From: Candidatus Saganbacteria bacterium
Lineage (GTDB): Bacteria > Margulisbacteria > WOR-1 > JAKLHX01
Direction of reading: 5' to 3'
Assembly (NCBI GenBank): GCA_026387835.1
Contig: JAPLKZ010000010.1
Location: forward strand, 114,325-146,324
Length of the DNA: 32,000 bases
In this document: positions 16,183 to 23,800 of the stretch, piece by piece
Numbering within the stretch: the first letter of the stretch is position 1
How the letters are laid out: each line of letters opens with the position of its first letter
Notes under the pieces: generated by a model
What the model saw: only the letters and a program-made list of their open reading frames with translations
Database searches by the model: none
Told to the model about the DNA's origin: nothing
Program-made: the position numbers and the translations under genes

Positions 16183-17069
16183 TTATTTTCTCCAATCAGT
16201 TTTACTAATACAGCTTTCTGCACGTGCAGCCTGTTCTCGGCCTGGTCGAACACTATGGAGTTACTTCCGTCCATCACATCATCAGTTATCTCCATTCCCC
16301 TGTGCGCGGGCAGGCAGTGCATCACAAGCACATCCTTTTTGGCATTTTTTAAAAGAGCTTTATTGACCTGATATTTGGCAAAATCTTTCGTTCGTTTTGT
16401 TGTTTCTTTTTCCTGTCCCATAGACGCCCACACATCGGTATAAATGACATCCGCATCTTTGACCGCTTTGACAGGGTCTTTTTCGATATCCACACCCTGC
16501 ATCTCATAACCTTTTGGACAGCATAAAATAAAATCCATATCGACCTTTTTACAAAGTAAAGCAAGTGATCTAGCAACATTGTTCCCGTCACCGATAAAGA
16601 CCATCTTCAGTCCTTTGACATCGCCTTTCTTTTCCATGACAGTAAAGATATCCGCCAGCGCCTGGCACGGGTGCTCGGCATCGGAAAGCGCGTTTATTAC
16701 GGGAACGGAAGCATATCGCGATAATTCTTCGACATTCTTATGTTCGAACGTCCTCAAAGCTATCAGGTCAACATACCTTGAAAGCGTGCGGGCCACGTCT
16801 GCATAGGACTCTCTCTTGCCCACCTGTACCATTCCGGCTGAAAGCGAGACAGCGTGGCCTCCGAGCTGGTACATGCCTACCTCGAACGATACACGTGTCC
16901 TGTTCGAAGGTTTCTCAAAGATCATTGCTATCGTGCGCTCTTCGAGCAGTTTCTTGTTCGGATATTCTTTTAACTCGCCGGTCAATTTATATATATCAAT
17001 AATATCTTGAAAAGATAAATCATTAATTGAAACGAGATGCTTGCACCGAGCCTTGTCGGGATTGTTCAT
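16179..17069 (-). CDS. argF: Ornithine carbamoyltransferase
   Basis: [10 protein letters not shown]..., [14 protein letters not shown] (S-x-R-T-R carbamoyl-phosphate motif), and [11 protein letters not shown] (HCLP motif). The track start TTG 17108 coincides with a -35 hexamer. I use ATG 17069 ([14 protein letters not shown]), which has TATAAT 9 nt upstream. Confidence 0.9.
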   Translation of the reverse strand: MNNPDKARCKHLVSINDLSFQDIIDIYKLTGELKEYPNKKLLEERTIAMIFEKPSNRTRVSFEVGMYQLGGHAVSLSAGMVQVGKRESYADVARTLSRYVDLIALRTFEHKNVEELSRYASVPVINALSDAEHPCQALADIFTVMEKKGDVKGLKMVFIGDGNNVARSLALLCKKVDMDFILCCPKGYEMQGVDIEKDPVKAVKDADVIYTDVWASMGQEKETTKRTKDFAKYQVNKALLKNAKKDVLVMHCLPAHRGMEITDDVMDGSNSIVFDQAENRLHVQKAVLVKLIGENK

Positions 17070-17078
17070 AATTATATT

Positions 17079-17108
17079 ATTATAAGTTTTATTACTTGCG
17101 TTTGTCAA
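17079..17108 (-). promoter_or_regulatory. Consensus sigma70 promoter TTGACA-N18-TATAAT, 9 nt upstream of the argF ATG (leaderless-type)
   Basis: On the minus strand, TTGACA (17108-17103), an 18-nt spacer, TATAAT (17084-17079), aatataatt, then ATG (17069). There is no SD. Confidence 0.65.
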
Positions 17109-17131
17109 ACTTCATTCAGTTATGATAAAAT
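17102..17131 (+). promoter_or_regulatory. Divergent promoter TTGTCA-N18-(TGa)TAAAAT for the plus-strand orphan gene
   Basis: On the plus strand, TTGTCA (17102-17107), an 18-nt spacer ending in TGa, TAAAAT (17126-17131), AAGGAG (17138-17143), then ATG 17153. Its -35 overlaps the argF -35 (17103-17108) on the other strand. Confidence 0.5.
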
Positions 17132-17152
17132 ATATACAAGGAGAATATAATC

Positions 17153-17692
17153 ATGGTCACACCTTTAGGCCAAAAACAGCCTTTTTCGGTATCAGCCGCG
17201 CCGAAAAAAACCCAGACCGTCGAAACCGACTGGAAAGGCAGGGTAAACAAGGCCGCAAAATCAGCTGTCTCAAACAACCCAAAGCTCGATCCTAAAGCGA
17301 TACTTGCCGAGATCAAAAACTTGAACGGGCTTATCAGGCAGGAATACAATGCCGCCGGCAAACTGGTCACTGTTGAAGACAGCCGGCTAAATCAAGGGTC
17401 TCCTTCATATATTATTTTTCCGCCCGGAATGAAGGCGATCAGCGCCATGAAATATAACGAGGTCATGCTTATGACAAGAGCGGCGCACGTCCTCGGCGCC
17501 TTATCTTCCGCCGCCCCGGGAAAAACAGAAACTGTCACCCGGTCCAAACTCAGGCAGGCTGTCGCGGTTATCCAGGAACAGCATCAGATCAAGGTCGATG
17601 ATTATGAAAAAGGCAACAAAGTGGGTTTTAACACAATTAACGCCTTCATAGAAGAACTTGAGGCCCTGATTAAGGCCGGAAGTAAACCCTGA
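17153..17692 (+). CDS. Hypothetical protein (179 aa), the only plus-strand gene, with no family recognised
   Basis: A clean ORF with AAGGAG 9 nt upstream of the ATG. It is non-repetitive and has a soluble-looking composition, with no signal peptide or TM segment. It is convergent with the giant ORF. Confidence 0.6.
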   Translation: MVTPLGQKQPFSVSAAPKKTQTVETDWKGRVNKAAKSAVSNNPKLDPKAILAEIKNLNGLIRQEYNAAGKLVTVEDSRLNQGSPSYIIFPPGMKAISAMKYNEVMLMTRAAHVLGALSSAAPGKTETVTRSKLRQAVAVIQEQHQIKVDDYEKGNKVGFNTINAFIEELEALIKAGSKP

Positions 17693-17710
17693 TCATACCA
17701 AGCGTATTAA

Positions 17711-17809
17711 TTATCCTATTATCTTTTGAATAAATTCATTTATGGAAACGAGGTGCTTGCACTGAGCTTTGTCGAGGTGCTTGCACTGAGCTTTGTCGAA
17801 GTGTTTCAT
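17711..17809 (-). pseudogene. Relic copy of the argF 5' end (first ~30 codons) with its own relic leaderless promoter
   Basis: It translates to [32 protein letters not shown], versus Arg[25 protein letters not shown]. The DNA aligns from the ATG for about 75 nt. Upstream on the minus strand are TTGATT (17845-17840), N17, TGcTACATT (17825-17817), N7, then ATG (17809). Confidence 0.5.
17749..17803. repeat. Perfect 24-nt tandem duplication (2.3 copies) of CGAGGTGCTTGCACTGAGCTTTGT
   Basis: Unit 1 (17749-17772) and unit 2 (17773-17796) are identical. A partial third unit cgaagtg covers 17797-17803. The period equals 8 codons (DKAQCKHL x2 in the relic ORF). Confidence 0.95.
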
Positions 17810-17899
17810 AGAGGTAAATGTAGCATAGAACATATCGAAAATCAAAATGGAAAATACGGAAATAATCGGTAATTATTGAGGGTAAATCAGCACGAATAT

Positions 17900-20800
17900 T
17901 CAATATGGTTCTATGTCACCAGTGTATATATCGGCTGGCTGAAGCAACCCGTAATTTCTGGAGATCTCGGCCATTGCTTCCCTGCATTTACCGGCTTTCG
18001 ACACTTCTTTGTTGATCTCATTTATTCTCGCAAACTCCGAGTAATCCGCTTTTGACCTGCAAGCTTTCACAAGAATTTTTACGATCTCATCCCGTATAGC
18101 ACCGCCATTTCCTATTGCTTTGGCTATGGCGTCCGATGTCGCCTTATTTTCCAATATTATTCTTATACATTCACTTGTTGCGTTCCTTATCCTCGCGTTT
18201 TCAGCGGCGGTACCGATCCTTGAATTATGTATCCTTGAATAAAAGCCTAAAGCTATGTCATATTTGCCGCTACTAAATGCTGATTGTGCCTTTTCCCTGC
18301 AAGAAATGTATAACTGAATCTCATTCCCCAGCATTTCTTTTTTGGACGATTCGCTTTGCGCATATTCTATTTTTCTTCCAAGTTCGGCTATATTTGCATA
18401 AGCGCTCCATCTGGTATTTGACTTCGGCAACGCAGGCTGTTCCGGCTCAGCAGGAAGATAGATTTTCGATCCGAACCTGCTTTCAAGGAACCACCTGAAA
18501 CCCGAGACCAGGTTTGGATTCTGCTGAAGCCAATATATCGTATATTCACCATTACCAAGTCTGAGCATCGACTGGGAAGGGACTTCTTCCGGACATTTTA
18601 TATTGCACTTTATTTTCCCGGTAACTTTATCAATTTCATTTCCAAAGACATCATCTATATCCTTATCGCTGATGGAATCGGATATGCCCTGTCTATTACT
18701 TACATAGAATTCGGACAGTCTCTTTAAAAACTTTTCTCCCGTTGGCTGAAGCGAGACACGGCCGTTCTGTCCATTCTTTGTCTTCAAGAACTCATTAAAT
18801 TCTTTTATGAATATTGCAGCCTCTTCTTTATTCATTCCCTTTATAAAATTATCCAAGGTAAATAATTTTTCGATCTGGAAATCGGCCGTCTTATCGATCA
18901 GCACCCTGTTTTTGGCATATGCCCCTACGGATTTCCCGATGTTATATGCTACATACAATTTGAACAGAGCCAGCTTGTCATTGACCTCGGCAATATTTAC
19001 TCCCCTGATTGAGCAATACCCCTCGAACGCTTTTCTTTCGTTTTCTTTAAGCATGCCAAGATCAAAGACTGTTCCCACTATCGAATCCTGGATCTCTGCT
19101 GTCTTTTTCTGATATTCGCTCAGGTGAACTTTTCTGATATATTCCCTGAAAAGCGACGGACATTGTTCTTGTATATCGCGCTTCAGCGGGGTCGCGGGCA
19201 TTCCCTGGATCAGCATGTTATTCTGGCTCCTCGCAAACGCCGCATCGTCAGCTTTAAGCATAATACTTCTGGTCATTCTCTCAACCGAGGGTAGGTTGAC
19301 ATAAGCACGTCTTGCGATCTGTTCAAGGACGAGGTTTTTTATCTTTTCCTTTGCATCTTCCAGTTTTATTTCGTGTCTGTCTATCCTGCCAAAAAGAAAT
19401 GCTATTTCCTGAAATGCCTTTTTCTGATTGACGAATTGTTCCAGTGTTATTGAAGGATTATCTTTCCTTTGCTTTTCGAGCTGAGCGGATACTTTTTCCA
19501 TAAAAGTTTTACTGTCCAAATAACCAAGTTCATAATATTTCAAAATATTTTCAGTATTTTCACAAATTGACTTAATCGTCTTCATATAGCCTATCACTTC
19601 TGCTCCCTCCACCCATGAAAGAGCTGTGGTTGAAAACAGCCATTCTCTTACCGAGTCTTTTCCTTTTCTTATATAGGCGTTCTCCTGATCTCTGTAAGCC
19701 TTGCGCATAGGAACGACCCATTCTTCATATAATTTATTCCTTTCATCAATATCAGCCGACGAGTTTCCGTTCATTGCATCGCTGATGCGTGGGGCTCCCT
19801 CGCATATGACTGTTCCTATAAGAGCACCCAAGCCGGCTGCTCTGGAACCGACCGCTACCGAAGCTTTGCCTAAGTTTAAAGCCCAAAGAGAGGCTTTTGC
19901 GCCTATTTGAACATAGAGTTTATTAGCTAAAACATGAGATGTCCCGTCAAGAACATCTCCGGTCCTCGCTGCTGCCGGCGATGTCATTGCACTGTAAAGC
20001 CACGGAGCTTTCTTCATCGTCCAGTTATACCCTACTCCGAATATTTCCATTCCTGCCATTGCTACTACATTACCACCAAATTCCGCAAGCGGCCGCGGCA
20101 ACTTCTTGCTGAGCGCCCAAGTGGCAATCTTTTGTGTCAACATAAAGGAACCCAGATTACCTGCGCCCTGTACGGTCACGACTAATTTTCGATCCATGCT
20201 TGCAGATTTTATATCCCTTTGAGTATTCAGAAAGATTGCAAATGCTGTTCCCTGCCCGCCAGATAATCCGAGTAAAGCCTGCCCTACCCCTCTCTCAAGA
20301 CCGAACTTGGCCCATCCGATAGTGCCCTGGATAGTTTCGTCCTCTGTCTTTGCCCACATCGTAGCGCCTTCTCCGCGAAGACCGTAGAGCAGAAAATTCT
20401 TGCCTGCGCTGACAATTATGGAAGCAAGAAATCCTGAAGCGGCGTCATGAGCGGTATTCGCTCCAACCGATGTAAGCTTCTGGCCGAAATTCCCTCCCGG
20501 TGCACCGAGGCACATCCACTGCCAGGCCCCGACCATCTCTCTGACATTATATGTCCCGTCCGAGGCTGCCGGCATTGAAAACTCCGGCACTTTAAGGCCT
20601 TTTGCTTTGTATTTTTCCGCAAGAGACTGATATACGCTTGCAAGGTATTTGTCAACAGCCTCGCTGCCGAGCAGGTTAATATCTTCCCTCACTGCCATTT
20701 TGAAGATACTGTCCATTGACATCGGAGATGATATATCTTCGATTACACTGTTCGCTTTCTTTTTTGCCTGCTCTGTTTTTTTCTGGAAATCCGGGTCCTT

Positions 20801-23800
20801 CGGATCCAGTTTTGCTATCTCTCCTTCAAATATCTGCGCGGAAACAGAAGATGCCAGGTCGCCGAATGTCTGGCTGAACCTTGAAAGACACGTTATCTGG
20901 AATATCGTGCTGAACACCTGTGTTCTGGCGACTTTTTCGCTTACGCCTATTTTTTTCAGTTCGGCCGCAGCCTGACTTATAACTCTTTCAAGTTCATTTG
21001 CCGCGCTCTTGTATTCCTTTGATGACGACAGGCATTTCGTCAGGCAGGCAAGGGTCCTGTTGTTCAAAGAGACTGTTATCTGTGCTCTCCCGTCTTTGCT
21101 GTTGATGACAATTGCTGTTTCGGTGAAAGGCTTCAAAAAGTCTGATTTTTGCACTTTATTATATTCAGTATCGGCAGCCCTTGCTTGTTGTAATTGAGCG
21201 TCTATTTCTGCCTCAAGCTTTTTCACGGCTTCAAGATAAGCATCTGTCTCGGGAGAAGCGCTCATCAGCTCGGCTATCGTCCTCTTGCTGATCTTTACGG
21301 AATAAGTTTTCCCGCCTTTTTCAACCGCGATATTCTCATAAAGGATGTTCTCGCGGTTTCCGGAAATTATCACAAGCGGAATATCGCTTGAACCCTGCAC
21401 CTGGAGCTCGCTGATGCTCTGCGAGAGCCTGGTCCTTATGGCCTCCGGATCGAAGCCCTTTCCTTTATTTGCTTCAACGGCTGCGCTGATGATCTCGTCC
21501 AGCGCTTTCTGGCCATCGATCAGCGCCCTGGCATCCGAGACGGATATCTCCATCTTTTCGCCGTCGGCTTCTATCTCGATGATATCTCCGCTCTTGGTCA
21601 GCTTTATTGTCCCTGCGTCTGCATCTTCTGCCGTTTTTATCTCTATAACTGTAGACTTGTCTGTCAGGAACGGTTCAAGCCGACCTGAGCTTTGGGCCAG
21701 ATGCAGGGAGCCGGCAAGCAGATCATTTCCTGTCAGGACGTGTCTGACGACCCTGACATATTCCCTTAACTTTGCAGCCTGTTCCCCTGATACACTGTAA
21801 TCTATCCTTTCGGCGCTTTCATAATATATGTCGCTTCCCTGCGGAGTTCTTTCGATCTCCTCAAGCAGTTGCACAGGCGTCTTTGCTTTTTCATGGGAAA
21901 TGACTATACCGCGTGGACGTACGCTCGAGTGACGGCCAAGGTAATCCTCGGCTATCTGTGCGGCTTCATGAGGATCCATTCCCTGAATTACCATAAATCT
22001 AAAGTGTATCTCGGTAAGTTCATGGGTGAAGGCATCGGAGATCCTGAGGCTGCTGTTAATTGTCAGAGTGCCATTCGCGTCAAGTTTGACAGCTGATTCC
22101 CTTACGAATACTGTATCCCCAGCAAATGCCGCGTCACCGGATATGTCCGCATCAGTAAATACCTTGTCAGGAACAACTACTACTTTATTGATCGTCTTGA
22201 GAGCGCGTGGGTTTATCATCCCCTGGCCCATTTCAAAGAATAGCTTGGACAACGCGGGAATTTCTTTTCCGGAAGAAGCCGCTCTGATCAGGACATCGAT
22301 CTGGCTGGGAGCTAAATTACCTGATTGAGCTCCTGCAACTACTGGTGCTGCGGTCGGTGCCGGCACAGGAGAGGCTGCACTGGTGTCTGCCGTTGCAGTA
22401 ACGCTTGGCGCTTTCCACGCGCCTACAAAGCTTTTCGCTCCTACTGATTTGCTTATGGCATACAGCATCCTTTTTGCTGCGTTTATCCTGTTGTCCCTGC
22501 CTATGGCTGTCGCTTCCTGCTGGAGCCGCATTTCTATATTTTCGTCTTCCTTTATAAGCCCCGTGCGGAACCTTTCTACCAGTCCGAGCTGTTCATTACC
22601 AAGCTGCCTGTTAGCGGCACTGAAGACCTCTACTATGATATTTTCCCAGCTGTTCTCAATGTTAAAGCGCATGCCCTGCTGTTCCACTTCGAAACGCAGG
22701 CTTCCTGACGGCTTATGAGAACTCGAATATTTTGCCTTGCCGGAAGTCCCGGCCAGAAAACCGTCCACCATTGTCTGCAAGCGTCCTTTTATTTCTGTTA
22801 TTGACAGATTTTCTTTTGTTCCGGGATCAAGCGCTCTTGTCACTTCCTCTTCTTTTATCCCCAAAAGCCATGCAAGGTCTTTGCTCAGTTTTGCCAGAGC
22901 ATCTCTATTGAGAGGTTTGTTCCCGTCAGCGTGCCTTTCTATCACCGCTTCCACGCCTGCCATAATGAACTTTTTCGCACATTCTATTATGTTGAGACTT
23001 CTGTTCGGCACAACACCGACACCGTCCCGCGTAACGAACAATTCATCCGAGATCCCGCGATAGTGATCTTCAATTCCCTGAAAATATTTCCTGATTATCA
23101 GTCCTTCTTCAGCCTTTGCACAGGCCTGTTTTGCCTGTTCTGTCCTGAGATCATTCTGTATAATCCTCCTTGCTGTAGCCATATCTCTGCGTGAGACTGC
23201 AACCTTTAGTTCGTCGTACATATTTGGTTCATTGGAACTTGCGGAGCTTGGCATCACACTTAAAGTTGCTTTGATGTTCGGATCATCAATAGAATATATC
23301 GGGACCACTTCTACGCTGTCTATGAACCTCCCGCCGCGCTCTCTCAACTGAATGAATGCCCACTCGTTACCGGCCGGCGAAATAGGGATCACCATGATCC
23401 CTCTTCTGACAGCCTCGGAACCCGGAGCACCTTTCACCCTGATATCGTCCGCGCGGGCGAAAGAGCCTATCGTTATTCCCGGGGTCCCTGCATGAGCGAT
23501 CGCAGCGTTCCTTGCGTTCTTTCCGGACCTGATCTCATGGTCGCACAGTTCCACTCTTCCCTTTATCGCGGCTTTCTGCTGAGGAGACAGCCCGGCTTCT
23601 ATCGCATCAGTTATCTTTCTTCCTCTTTCGGAATCTCCGGCTGTTTGTATCAATATCGGTCTTGGGGCATGCCCCTTGCTTATTGCATAATCAATTTCTG
23701 CCTGTATCCTGGTAACGATTTCATTTATCTGAGTATCTTGATCGATAACTATATTCGGATCATGCCGGACGATCAGGCTCGGGATCAGCGGCAGATCCCT

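Noticed and set aside
16163-17010. Small ORFs on both strands overlapping argF (e.g. 16349-16591 minus, 16579-16806 plus)
   Set aside because: They are out-of-frame or antisense within a gene carrying unambiguous OTCase motifs, and they have no independent support.
17106-17108. TTG 17108 as the argF start, and likewise TTG 4564 as the metG start (ORF-track calls)
   Set aside because: TTG 17108 lies inside the TTGACA -35 hexamer of a consensus promoter. Downstream ATGs (17069 and 4558) sit 8-9 nt after TATAAT boxes and give N-termini that match the family starts.
17749-17803. Possible CRISPR-like array
   Set aside because: The 24-nt units are directly adjacent with no spacers, there are only 2.3 copies, and no cas genes are present. 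It is a tandem duplication.
17831-17880. A-rich tract with repeated GAAAAT-like units (cgaaaatcaaaatggaaaatacggaaataatcgg) downstream of the giant gene stop
   Set aside because: The period of ~7 nt is irregular, not helical-phase A-tracts and not a clean tandem repeat. Part of it is explained as the relic -35 and spacer region. There is no hairpin or U-tract to call a terminator.
22004-22024. HELTEIH as a canonical HExxH metalloprotease site
   Set aside because: The spacing is H-E-x-x-E-x-H, not HExxH. I kept it only as a low-confidence 'variant or inactive zincin-like' finding and do not call it a protease.
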